Part shown: positions 9,955 to 19,161 of the stretch, one piece after another | Position numbering within the stretch: position 1 is the first letter of the stretch | Layout of the letters: each line of letters starts with the position of its first letter | From: an uncultured Nitrospinaceae bacterium | GTDB taxonomy: Bacteria > UBA8248 | NCBI GenBank assembly: GCA_964005815.1 | Contig: CAXFSR010000047.1 | Coordinates: 1-31,306, forward strand | DNA: 31,306 nt | Reading direction: 5' to 3' | The notes under the pieces: model-generated | What the model saw: the letters and a program-made list of their open reading frames with translations, nothing else | What the model was told of the DNA's origin: nothing | Databases searched by the model: none | Position numbers and translations under genes: made by a program

Positions 9955-10698
9955 TTATTTGTGATCTCGATATGTATTCATCATTTTCGAAAATAATCGG
10001 TCTGTGAAAATCCTAAAAAATCCTATCAAGATTCTAGGAATAATTGGAATCGATTTACACGGTTTTTTACTTGAGATTGTTTTTATAATTTTTTTTGCTG
10101 CTTTTGATGAAGAAATTTTAAAAGGACTGCTGGAGTTTGCACCCATCCCTGTGTCTATTGCACCTAGGTGAATTGTTGTGAAAAATAATCCTTTATCAGC
10201 ATATCTGCCTCTTAACGATTCAAATGATCTGGATAAAGCAGACTTGCTTGCAGAATAACCAATCCATCTTGAATCCCCTCGGTATGCATTTAATGAAGAA
10301 ATAGCTACGAATTGGCCTTGTTTTTTTTCTAAGAAAAAAGGGATGAAAATTTGTATCCATCGTAATGCTCCTAGATAATTCGTTTGCATTACTTCTTCAA
10401 TCTCTATTAAAGAAAATGAATTATTGTTAGATTCAGGATTTATTCCAGCGTTTAAAATGACAATGTCGGGGTTGAAGTTATTACTATCCATCTCAGATTT
10501 TGTTTTTTCAATTTCAATTTCATTTGATACATCGCAAACTGAGTAATGAAAACTATCTTCTTCGAGTTCTTCTGAAAGTTTTTGAAGTTCAAGTTTTCGT
10601 CTGGCAACTCCCCAAACTTTATGACCATCCGCGACATATTGTTTGGTTAGTTGACGTCCTACTCCGGAGGAAACTCCTGTAATAAAGATGTTTGACAC
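9955..10698 (-). CDS. Classical short-chain dehydrogenase/reductase
   Basis: GTG start. TGVSSGVG, NAG, ISS and YSASK motifs. Confidence 0.9.
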   Translation of the reverse strand: MSNIFITGVSSGVGRQLTKQYVADGHKVWGVARRKLELQKLSEELEEDSFHYSVCDVSNEIEIEKTKSEMDSNNFNPDIVILNAGINPESNNNSFSLIEIEEVMQTNYLGALRWIQIFIPFFLEKKQGQFVAISSLNAYRGDSRWIGYSASKSALSRSFESLRGRYADKGLFFTTIHLGAIDTGMGANSSSPFKISSSKAAKKIIKTISSKKPCKSIPIIPRILIGFFRIFTDRLFSKMMNTYRDHK

Positions 10699-10728
10699 TT
10701 GATTTTATCTCAACTTGTTCTAATTGAA

Positions 10729-11457
10729 TTAGACTCTATATATTAGATACACGATTCGTCTTAGTAAAATATGGAATAATGCATTTGCAACAGATAAAAT
10801 ATTTTTAATGGTAAAAGCTTTAGAAACTCCTTTTTCTCTATCAGAATTTTCTACCTGAGTTTCAAGGTAGGTAGTATTTTCATTTAGAAGGTAACATATC
10901 AATTCAGCTTGATATGCGAATCCAATTGTCTCAGAACGAAAAGTCCTGACATTTTCTGTTCTATGTAATACTGGACCATTGTAGTACTTTATTTTGTTTC
11001 CAGAAAGTAAATTCACCAAAAATGTAAATGTGATGCTAAGAAGTCTTCTGAACAATACTCTTGTGTCATTTTTTCCGAAGTAAGGAATAATCATATCTGC
11101 GTTGCCTGTTTCGGATACTATATCTCTTATGGTTTCATTTGTTTCTGCAGCATCTCCATTTATGAGCATATAATGTTTCCCAATTGCTTTATGAGATGCA
11201 AGAAAATAATTGCGACCTAATCCACGAGTCGCTGTATTCTCGATAAGATTTATTTTCACTTCCTTATTCTTATTTATCTCCTCATTCACCTTTTCAATAG
11301 TGTTATCTGATGAGTTGTCATCGACAACCAAAATTTCATATTTCATATTCATATTTTTCATGACGTCGATAACAGATTGAATTGTTTTTCCTATGTTATC
11401 TTCCTCGTTTAGACAGGGGATGAAAAAGCTTATATCTACATTTATTGTTTCTTCCAT
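10729..11457 (-). CDS. GT2 glycosyltransferase, DPM1/polyprenol-phosphate glycosyltransferase-like
   Basis: IPCLNEEDNI, VVDDNSSDNT, RGLG, NGD at the DxD position, and C-terminal REKGVSK. Confidence 0.85.
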   Translation of the reverse strand: MEETINVDISFFIPCLNEEDNIGKTIQSVIDVMKNMNMKYEILVVDDNSSDNTIEKVNEEINKNKEVKINLIENTATRGLGRNYFLASHKAIGKHYMLINGDAAETNETIRDIVSETGNADMIIPYFGKNDTRVLFRRLLSITFTFLVNLLSGNKIKYYNGPVLHRTENVRTFRSETIGFAYQAELICYLLNENTTYLETQVENSDREKGVSKAFTIKNILSVANALFHILLRRIVYLIYRV

Positions 11458-11461
11458 TTGT

Positions 11462-11950
11462 TTATCCTTCTAAAGAAACACCAATCAGTCGACCAAAAAG
11501 CTTAGTTATTTTGATGAGTTTTCTGCCCTTTGGTCTGATCGTAACCATGTTATTAGAAATAGTTATATATTCGTTCTTTTTCATCAATTCCATCCTATCT
11601 AAAAAACGGATGGATGATTCATAATCTTTCACAAGAGAGTCAAAATCTACGGATTTTACAATCGAAATCTTTTCAAGAAGAGTAAGCGAGACAGATCGAG
11701 ATAATCCTGCATACAAAAATAAGTAGCAGATTATGAAAAATATATCGAGCCAAATTGTGGATATCACAGAAATTATATCTGTGTTGAAAAAGAGTAAATG
11801 TACGATAATGGAACATATAGCCCCAGTAAATGCCAAGAAAAAAAGTAATAACATCCGCGGGCTATTTGAGGGGAAAATTCTCCATAAAAAAATATGAATG
11901 GTTAAGAAGAAAAAAATTCCCGAAATTGATGAGAAGAAAATCTCGTACAT
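11462..11950 (-). CDS. Hypothetical membrane protein (about 3 TM plus soluble C-terminal tail)
   Basis: 162 aa. Its ATG abuts the upstream gene's TAA. It resembles the adjacent gene. Confidence 0.75.
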   Translation of the reverse strand: MYEIFFSSISGIFFFLTIHIFLWRIFPSNSPRMLLLFFLAFTGAICSIIVHLLFFNTDIISVISTIWLDIFFIICYLFLYAGLSRSVSLTLLEKISIVKSVDFDSLVKDYESSIRFLDRMELMKKNEYITISNNMVTIRPKGRKLIKITKLFGRLIGVSLEG

Positions 11951-12502
11951 TTATTCTGCTCTTTCTAATTTCAGGATCTCTCGAAAGAGTACTCCTAAAA
12001 AATTCATTATTTTTCCAAGGAAAGTGAGTGGTCCAACTTTAGGTTCAGAATAATAAATCAATTTTAATTTCTTTATGGTGTTTAATCTTTTGTTAAGTAA
12101 ACCCTTGAAGCCTAGTCCTTCTCCATATCCTGCTTTTAGAGATTCTAATTTTATAGGCTTATTCGATTCATCAAGGTCTTTTAAAATTCTTAGAGATAAT
12201 CCTCTTGAAAGAAGAGATTTTGTTTCCAAATATGTGAGGAACATAGCAAAAAATAATAATACGGTAGTAATTTGTAAATGATATGGAAAAACAAGTGATG
12301 AATTAATTTTGCTTAATAAGAACGGGGATGATTTATATATGAAGATAGAAAAAAGAGTAAAGAATGTGAATAGGAAAATAGTTTCAATAGTAAGAGAGAA
12401 GGGCAGGAATTTTCTTTGGGACAAAAAGCGCAGAAAATTGCAGGTTAAAATGAGAAGTGCTAAAAATAAAAAAGGAAAAAAAAACGAAAATAATATAGTC
12501 AT
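11951..12502 (-). CDS. Hypothetical membrane protein, probable paralog of 11462..11950
   Basis: The track start at 12565 overlaps the ADH gene by 41 nt. ATG 12502 (MTILFSFF..., 183 aa) avoids the overlap. About 3 TM segments are followed by 'LSRGLSLRIL'. Confidence 0.7.
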   Translation of the reverse strand: MTILFSFFFPFLFLALLILTCNFLRFLSQRKFLPFSLTIETIFLFTFFTLFSIFIYKSSPFLLSKINSSLVFPYHLQITTVLLFFAMFLTYLETKSLLSRGLSLRILKDLDESNKPIKLESLKAGYGEGLGFKGLLNKRLNTIKKLKLIYYSEPKVGPLTFLGKIMNFLGVLFREILKLERAE

Positions 12503-12524
12503 AAATTCAGGATACACTTTTGTC

Positions 12525-13568
12525 CTATTTCTCCATTTTAATGAGAGCTCTTCCAACCTTCCCATTTTCTAAGTCGGCAAAACCTTCGTTTATTTTTTCT
12601 AATTTATATTCATGCGTTATTAACTTATCAAGATCCATTTCGCCTGAGAAAAATTTCTTTATGTAAAATTTCGTATCTTTTTCTGGGGAAGTTTCTCCTC
12701 CCCATGTCCCGACAATATTTTTCCCTTTAATAAGATCAAAAGGGTCTATTGATATTTTTTGTCCAAAAGGAAGATTCCCTGCGAGTATACAAAGACCACC
12801 GTTTGTTTTTACAGAACTAAAAGCATCCTCCATTGTTTTAGAATTTCCAATTGCTTCTACTGAAAAATCTACTCCTAGTTTGTTTGTTATTTTTTGGATC
12901 TCCTCTAATACTTTCTTCTTTTTTGCATTTATGACATCACTAGCGCCTATTTCAATAGCTCTAGTTAATTTTTTATTTTCTATGTCTATACCTATAATTG
13001 TTTGTGCACCTATCATTTTAGATGCAAGAACAATGCTCATTCCAATTCCACCAAGACCAAAAACAGCAATACTATCTTTTGTTTTTAAATTTGCAGTATT
13101 TCTCACAATTCCAGCACCAGTAGGTACGGCACATCCCAGTAATGCTGCCTCTCGAAGTGGCATTTTTTTTGGAATCTTAATCAGTCGATTCTCGCTCACT
13201 ACAGTTTTTTCCATAAAAGTACTTATTGCACCTGAATTTATTTTTCCTATAGTACTTTCATATTGTGTAGATGGGACGTCTTTTCCTGTGGCTTTGATCC
13301 AAGTGAGAACGACGTGGTCGCCGGGTTTTACCTTCTTTACTCCTCTTCCTATTTTGACAACTTTTCCTGAACCTTCATGTCCTAAGGTATGGGGAAGGAA
13401 ATGATCTACGCCTCGTTTTCCTCTGATTTCATGGAGTTGAGTGTGACACAATCCGCTATATGATATTTCTACAAGTACTTGTCCACTTCTTAGAGAAGGG
13501 ATCTGTAAATTTAAAATCTTTAAAGGTTTGCCTGTATTCATAAGAACGGCAGATTTTGAATTCATCAT
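12525..13568 (-). CDS. Zinc-binding medium-chain dehydrogenase (MDR/ADH family)
   Basis: GLCHTQ, GHEGSG, GCAVPTG and FGLGGIG. The four-Cys structural zinc lobe is missing. Confidence 0.9.
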   Translation of the reverse strand: MMNSKSAVLMNTGKPLKILNLQIPSLRSGQVLVEISYSGLCHTQLHEIRGKRGVDHFLPHTLGHEGSGKVVKIGRGVKKVKPGDHVVLTWIKATGKDVPSTQYESTIGKINSGAISTFMEKTVVSENRLIKIPKKMPLREAALLGCAVPTGAGIVRNTANLKTKDSIAVFGLGGIGMSIVLASKMIGAQTIIGIDIENKKLTRAIEIGASDVINAKKKKVLEEIQKITNKLGVDFSVEAIGNSKTMEDAFSSVKTNGGLCILAGNLPFGQKISIDPFDLIKGKNIVGTWGGETSPEKDTKFYIKKFFSGEMDLDKLITHEYKLEKINEGFADLENGKVGRALIKMEK

Positions 13569-14134
13569 TTTTGAATTCCATTTTTTAGATAAAATAAATT
13601 GAAAGATAATATCGAAATAATTGTTAGGCTATCAAGAATTTCCTTTTTTTCAATCATTTCAATACTATCTGAAATTTTGATCCAATCATATTTCTCAACT
13701 TCTGCAATATTAGGTTCAAATTTTTTGCTTAATTCAAAAGTATCCGAATGATATACATATGTTGGGTTATGAAGAGAATCAAGTCCTTGCTCGTAATTGA
13801 TCAGTAGTTTCGGATTTTGAGTTAGTATGCCTGTTTCTTCCAAACATTCTCTGATTGCACCAGATTCTGGAGATTCGGAATCTTCGACTCTTCCACCAGG
13901 GATCTCCCAAGAACTTCGGTTAATTAAATGTCTGAATTGATTGACTAATAGAATCGAATTGTTTCTATGTAGTATCATTGCAGAACGTCTTCCATAATTT
14001 GTCACAAAAAACTGCTTTGCGACTCCGTTTACCTTTGCATTAACTTGGGAAAGTTTGAGGAATTGGTTTTGGAAAATAGATTTCTCTGATGATATTTTTA
14101 ATTTTTTTTCTTTTTTATGATCAATACGTGACAA
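13565..14134 (-). CDS. NUDIX hydrolase
   Basis: Complete Nudix box GRVEDSESPESGAIRECLEETGI. TTG start with GAGGTG SD. Confidence 0.9.
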   Translation of the reverse strand: MSRIDHKKEKKLKISSEKSIFQNQFLKLSQVNAKVNGVAKQFFVTNYGRRSAMILHRNNSILLVNQFRHLINRSSWEIPGGRVEDSESPESGAIRECLEETGILTQNPKLLINYEQGLDSLHNPTYVYHSDTFELSKKFEPNIAEVEKYDWIKISDSIEMIEKKEILDSLTIISILSFNLFYLKNGIQK

Positions 14135-14146
14135 GAAATCACCTCT

Positions 14147-14812
14147 TTATTCTGCGATAAACCAATAATAATCACCTGAGTAATCTTGAGATTTGAATAA
14201 TTGTTTCCAATCTTCAACGTGCATATAAGTTAGTGCAGTAAGATTCCAACCGAGCATTCTTTTCTTTTCTTCTTCGTTCCTCCATGCATCCACAACAATA
14301 AACGAATGTTTCTTCGAAACTCTTTCTATTTCCCTTACAGATTGTTTGCAATCTTCAAGTTCTAGATTGTGGATGGTGTTTATGGAAATTACCAAATCAA
14401 AAGAATTGTCTTCAAAAGGGATTTCTTTTGCATCTCCAACTTGCACATACTTTTTTACACTATCCATAGCATTTTCTATCGCATATTTCGAAACATCAAT
14501 CCCAGCAACTGTATATGTTGAGGAAAATTCTTGGAAATCGTGTAACATGAATCCCTTTCCGCAACCTACATCCAAAATCGAAGCAGATTTGTCTAATTTG
14601 TAAAATTCAGAAAATCTTTTTACAGTTTCTTGCCAGAAACGAGGGTGATAGTTATAACCTCCATACCCATATAACCTGTCACCGTCAAAAAAATCTTTTT
14701 CAAACTTTCTAGCAATTTTCCTGTGCTCTTCTTTGATTAAGTTCGCTCTTTCTTCAATATTCCTTTTTGATTTTGGATATTTGTCCATAAGGTTTATTTC
14801 ACTCAATTTCAT
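14147..14812 (-). CDS. Class I SAM-dependent methyltransferase
   Basis: ILDVGCGKG, GIDVS, and PFEDNSFDLVISINTIH. Confidence 0.9.
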   Translation of the reverse strand: MKLSEINLMDKYPKSKRNIEERANLIKEEHRKIARKFEKDFFDGDRLYGYGGYNYHPRFWQETVKRFSEFYKLDKSASILDVGCGKGFMLHDFQEFSSTYTVAGIDVSKYAIENAMDSVKKYVQVGDAKEIPFEDNSFDLVISINTIHNLELEDCKQSVREIERVSKKHSFIVVDAWRNEEEKKRMLGWNLTALTYMHVEDWKQLFKSQDYSGDYYWFIAE

Positions 14813-15677
14813 TTCCTTTTAGAAGTAATTTATAACTCTCGAAAGTTTCTTGGATTCCTTTTTTTATAGGAGTAAATGAGATTTCCTTAAATTCTTTTGT
14901 TAGTTTCTTAGAATCTATCTTCTGATCTATCTTAGGTTTAGTTCTTTTGATTGTTTTAGTTCTTATTTTCTTGCTTGTATATTTTTTTAGTGATTCTATG
15001 ATCTGTGTAAATGAAAGTGGGTCCCCTGAAGAAATATTGTAAATTCCTGAATTCCCCTGCTTGATAAATTTATTGATAGCGAAAACAAGATCTGATTCGT
15101 ACAAATAATCCCTTAATTCATCGCCATCTCCATAAATTGCAATATCCTTATTAATTAAAATTGATTTGATGAACATACTTGGTCCGTAAGAGAAAGATCT
15201 GTCATTTGGGCCGTAAATCTTGCAACAACGAAGAATAACATATTCAATATTCTTTTTTGTGCAAATTTGCGTAATAGTAGCTTCATTCTTAAGTTTAGCT
15301 TTTCCATAGAGGGAAGAGGGTAAAGTTTTGGAATCTTCAGTAATATTCATATTAGTAGTGTTGTCATCGTAAACCGAAACTGTACTCAAATAAATACATT
15401 TTTTCACCTTAGAAGATTCAAGGAGTTTAGATATATTTTTTCCCATAGATACTTCATTTTTGAACATTTCATTTGAACCTTGATTTCCGGGTGCTCTTGT
15501 TGCGATTACTAAAACAGTATTTTCTTTCGAGACTGAAATTAGTTGTTTGTGGGCGTTTTCTGAAGTCAGATCTAGATCTGAAGAAGAAAATCCTCGCACT
15601 TGTACTTTCTTCTTTTTCAGAGATTTTAGTAGGATTTTTCCAATGTATCCTGAACTGCCGAGTAAAATAATATCCAA
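14799..15677 (-). CDS. NAD-dependent epimerase/reductase (extended SDR)
   Basis: GSSGYIG, STVSVY, YGKAK and GDGDELRDYLY. TTG start. Confidence 0.85.
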   Translation of the reverse strand: MDIILLGSSGYIGKILLKSLKKKKVQVRGFSSSDLDLTSENAHKQLISVSKENTVLVIATRAPGNQGSNEMFKNEVSMGKNISKLLESSKVKKCIYLSTVSVYDDNTTNMNITEDSKTLPSSLYGKAKLKNEATITQICTKKNIEYVILRCCKIYGPNDRSFSYGPSMFIKSILINKDIAIYGDGDELRDYLYESDLVFAINKFIKQGNSGIYNISSGDPLSFTQIIESLKKYTSKKIRTKTIKRTKPKIDQKIDSKKLTKEFKEISFTPIKKGIQETFESYKLLLKGNEIE

Positions 15678-15701
15678 TTTTTAAGTTCGTTAGGCGAGAG
15701 A

Positions 15702-16730
15702 TTATTCTTTGTGTTTATATGAATGTTCTGCAGACTTAATTTCTTCCCAGTTCTTGGTAAGCCATTCGTAAGTTTCTGTAATTCCGTCTTCAAATTGAAT
15801 ATGCGGTTTCCATCCTAAAATCTCATTTGCTTTTGTTGAATCAAGGCTATAGCAATGATCTTGATGTTCTCTTTTTTCTGAGTATTGGGTAACATCTTCC
15901 ATTTTGCATTTCAACAGTCCACAGATGTAATTAACTACGTTTTTAATTTGGTATTTTGGGTCTATTTGGTCTTCTGCGGATATCGAGAAGTTAAATGGAC
16001 CAAAGCTCTTCTTGTCAGAAACTAGAAGTATTGCATCTACTACATCCTTGATATGAATGAAATGTCTTACTGCATTTCCCCCACCATGTAGATTTATAGT
16101 TTGTCCTGTTTTAATGTAAATAAAACAACGGGGAATAATTTTGAATAACTGTTGGTAAGGTCCATAAACATTAGTGGAACGTATCATTGAAACTGGAAAA
16201 GAATATTTTTGCATTAATGTTAATAGATACATGTCCGCAGCAGTTTTTGAAACTGCATAAGGTGTAGTAGGTGTGATTATAGAGTCTTCTCTTACAGGTT
16301 CTGGTGTTGAACCGTATATTTCTGCAGAAGAAATATGGATATAGTGTTTTAGATAACTTCGCGTTCTCAGTACATCGCAAAGCCGAACCACAGAAGTCAA
16401 ATTGATGTTAAAGTATCCTAGTGGTACTTCATGACTAAGTTCGACCTCACTTAAAGCAGCTACATTAATAATATGCGTAGGTTGAATTTCATCAATATAA
16501 GCAATTGCCTTTTCGATATCTTTTACAAGGTCAATTTGTGAAAAAACAAAATTTTGAATATTTTTGTTTGATTTGTATGGTAGCATAAATGCAGGAGGTT
16601 CAGGAGATCTGCTTATACCATAGACGCTATTGTTGCTACTGTTTAGAAGTTCATTTATTATATGAGAACCAGTGAAGCAATTACTTCCTATCACTAGGTA
16701 TTTTTTGTTTTTATTTTCCTGTTGGTTCAT
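15702..16730 (-). CDS. NDP-hexose 4,6-dehydratase-like extended SDR (RmlB/Gmd-related)
   Basis: GSNCFTG, SSAEIYG, TPYAVSK, NVYGPYQQLFKIIP, and LGWKP...FEDGI. Confidence 0.85.
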   Translation of the reverse strand: MNQQENKNKKYLVIGSNCFTGSHIINELLNSSNNSVYGISRSPEPPAFMLPYKSNKNIQNFVFSQIDLVKDIEKAIAYIDEIQPTHIINVAALSEVELSHEVPLGYFNINLTSVVRLCDVLRTRSYLKHYIHISSAEIYGSTPEPVREDSIITPTTPYAVSKTAADMYLLTLMQKYSFPVSMIRSTNVYGPYQQLFKIIPRCFIYIKTGQTINLHGGGNAVRHFIHIKDVVDAILLVSDKKSFGPFNFSISAEDQIDPKYQIKNVVNYICGLLKCKMEDVTQYSEKREHQDHCYSLDSTKANEILGWKPHIQFEDGITETYEWLTKNWEEIKSAEHSYKHKE

Positions 16731-16853
16731 GCCTAAGATAAACTTTCAAAAAGATTGTATTATGGGCTTACACAAAACATGTATACTTTGCAGACTTAAA
16801 GCCTAATTTGCAAGTTTGAAATTTATTTTTCGTTGTTTTGGAGAATATTTTTA

Positions 16854-18056
16854 ATGAAGGTGATGTTGATTACAGATTCTTATCCACCTGAAATACGTTC
16901 TGCAGCACAACTCATGAAAGAACTCGCTGAGGAATTAGTAGAAAGAAATCATGCTGTGACAGTTCTAACTACTTGGCCTCAATACAATATTGCGGAGAAT
17001 CAAAGTCTTGATCTTATAAAACCTTCAACTGTTGAAAATGGAGTAAAAGTTCAAAGAATTAAAACACTTCGTCACCATAATGTAAGCTACATTTTTCGAG
17101 GGATATCCCAGATCCTCATGCCTTTTTATTTCAAAAGAGAGATAAGAAAACATCCCATTTCTATTCCAGACGTAGTATTGATTTATAGTCCTCCACTAAC
17201 GCTATCGAAAGTAGGGATTTTTCTTAAGAAAAAATACGGAGTTAAGTTTATCTTAAATGTACAGGATCTATTCCCTCAAAATGCAATTGATTTAGGGGTT
17301 TTGAAAAATAAGATTATAGTGAAGTATTTTGAGAACATGGAAAACAAGGCGTATTCATATTCGGATTCAATTGCAGTTCATTCTGAAGGGAATGGCAGAT
17401 TTTTGATAGACCAAAAGAACGTATGTGAAGAAAAAGTTGCCATTCTACATAATTGGATTGATACTTCTGTTTTTGTGAATCATAAGAAATATGATTTCAG
17501 AAAAGAATTTTCTTTAGAGAATAAATTTGTTTTTCTTTTTGCAGGCGTTATTGGTCCTTCTCAATATCTTGATCTTGTTATTGATATAGCAAAGAATGTG
17601 CAGAACAAAAAAGATATTTGTTTTCTTTTTGTTGGTGATGGTGCGGAGAAGAATAGACTCTTTGAGAAGTCATTGGGTTTAGAAAATGTCCTATTTAAAC
17701 CTTTTGTCTCTTCGGATTTGTATCCTGCTCTGATATCATCGGTTGATGTAGGACTTGTTTGTTTAAGTCCTGCTAATAAAACTCCGGTTGTGCCTGGAAA
17801 GATTTTAGGTTACATGGCGGGTTCACTTCCAGTACTTGCTTTTTTACACGAAGCAAGTGATGGTCATAAGGTTATAAAAGACTCTAAATCAGGGATTTCC
17901 GTTTTTTCTGGAAATTATGAAGAGTCTTTAGAAGCTTTGTTAGACATTTATACTCGCAAGGATTTATTAAGTTCTTATGGACAAAATGGTTTGGAGTATG
18001 TTAACAAAAATTTTGAAAAGAAAATTTGTGTTTCAAACCTTGAGAGCTTGTTCTAA
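16854..18056 (+). CDS. GT4 glycosyltransferase (WbuB-like)
   Basis: DSYPPE, YSPPL, VQDLFPQNA, FAGVIG and VPGKILGYMA. ATG 16854 follows a GGAG SD and is preferred over the track start at 16833. Confidence 0.9.
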   Translation: MKVMLITDSYPPEIRSAAQLMKELAEELVERNHAVTVLTTWPQYNIAENQSLDLIKPSTVENGVKVQRIKTLRHHNVSYIFRGISQILMPFYFKREIRKHPISIPDVVLIYSPPLTLSKVGIFLKKKYGVKFILNVQDLFPQNAIDLGVLKNKIIVKYFENMENKAYSYSDSIAVHSEGNGRFLIDQKNVCEEKVAILHNWIDTSVFVNHKKYDFRKEFSLENKFVFLFAGVIGPSQYLDLVIDIAKNVQNKKDICFLFVGDGAEKNRLFEKSLGLENVLFKPFVSSDLYPALISSVDVGLVCLSPANKTPVVPGKILGYMAGSLPVLAFLHEASDGHKVIKDSKSGISVFSGNYEESLEALLDIYTRKDLLSSYGQNGLEYVNKNFEKKICVSNLESLF

Positions 18057-18070
18057 GGAGAATTATTGAA

Positions 18071-19099
18071 ATGTCAGATATGGAAAAATTGTATAAAGAT
18101 AAAATAGTGTTGGTAACAGGTGGTGCAGGTGCTATAGGAACGAATCTATGTGACGCATTATCTCGTTCTGGCGCAAAATTAGTTATCATTTTAGATGATC
18201 TTTCCTCTGGTTATATGTGGAATATTCCTAGTAGAGATAATATCTTATTTGTAAAAGGATGTATTACTGATGAGGTAGTCTTAAAAAGAGTTTTCTTTGA
18301 AAAACCTAATTATGTGTTTCATTTAGCTGCTTTTTTTGCAAATCAAAATTCTGTGGATTATCCGGAGCAGGATTTAAAAATTAATGGGCAGGGGACTTTG
18401 AAACTCCTTGAATATTCATTATTCAACCAAGTTCAGAGATTCATTTATGCTTCTTCTGGTTGTTCAATTTATGGCAGTAGTGCTCCTTTGCCTTTAACAG
18501 AGGATTTTATGTCAATGCAGTTGAGTACTCCATACCAGATCACAAAGATGTTGGGAGAGTTGTATTGTAATTTCTTTTATAATCATCATGGCCTTGATGT
18601 TGTAAAGCCTAGGTTTTTTAATTCTTACGGTCCAGGTGAAGTTCCTGGGCAGTATAGAAATGTTATCCCTAATTTTATCTATTGGGCAATGAAAGGGGAT
18701 TCGTTGCCAATTACTGGAAGTGGTGAAGAAACAAGAGATTTTACGTTTGTAGGTGATCTAGTTAGAGGATTGCTTCTATCTGGTTTGCAGGAATCTGCCA
18801 GCGGACAGGAGTTTAATTTAGCCTCTGCAAAAGAAACACGCATTATCGATCTTGCAGATATGATTAATACCTCTGTGAAAAACGAATCTGGAGTGAAATT
18901 TATAGACAAAAGAAAGTGGGATACAAAGAGCAGACTGCTTGCTTCAGTGGACAAAGCCAATAATCTTATCGGATATGAGCCAAGCGTTGATTTTGATGAA
19001 GGTTTGGCTAGAACAATTGCGTGGTTTAAAGATAACTGGGACTTTATAGAGGCAAGTAATTCCTTCACTCCTGGAATGTCATCTGCAACACGCAAATAA
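18071..19099 (+). CDS. NAD-dependent nucleotide-sugar epimerase/dehydratase
   Basis: TGGAGAIG, DDLSSG, FHLAA, PYQITK, RFFNSYGPGE and ETRDFTFV. AAGGAG SD. Confidence 0.9.
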   Translation: MSDMEKLYKDKIVLVTGGAGAIGTNLCDALSRSGAKLVIILDDLSSGYMWNIPSRDNILFVKGCITDEVVLKRVFFEKPNYVFHLAAFFANQNSVDYPEQDLKINGQGTLKLLEYSLFNQVQRFIYASSGCSIYGSSAPLPLTEDFMSMQLSTPYQITKMLGELYCNFFYNHHGLDVVKPRFFNSYGPGEVPGQYRNVIPNFIYWAMKGDSLPITGSGEETRDFTFVGDLVRGLLLSGLQESASGQEFNLASAKETRIIDLADMINTSVKNESGVKFIDKRKWDTKSRLLASVDKANNLIGYEPSVDFDEGLARTIAWFKDNWDFIEASNSFTPGMSSATRK

Positions 19100-19161
19100 G
19101 TAATCTTTTCCTTTATATTCTTGTGTGCCTTTTAATCGAAAATTCATATTTAGGTGAATAG

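Noticed and set aside
9943..9960. AT-only inverted repeat AAATAAAA-AG-TTTTATTT, and ATTATT/AATAAT near 20312-20330, as terminators
   Set aside because: Stems contain no GC pairs and are too weak to call as intrinsic terminators.
12880..13404. 174-aa + strand ORF, plus small ORFs between 11830 and 12572
   Set aside because: Antisense to the Zn-dehydrogenase and membrane-protein genes, with no recognisable motifs.
5243..16853. Two divergent intergenic regions both 123 bp long (5243-5365 and 16731-16853)
   Set aside because: No visible sequence similarity in either orientation, and the equality depends on start-codon choice, so it is likely coincidence.
18679..19095. 138-aa - strand ORF and similar short overlapping ORFs (7282, 14346, 20907, 22283-24158)
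   Set aside because: Shadows lying inside well-supported genes.
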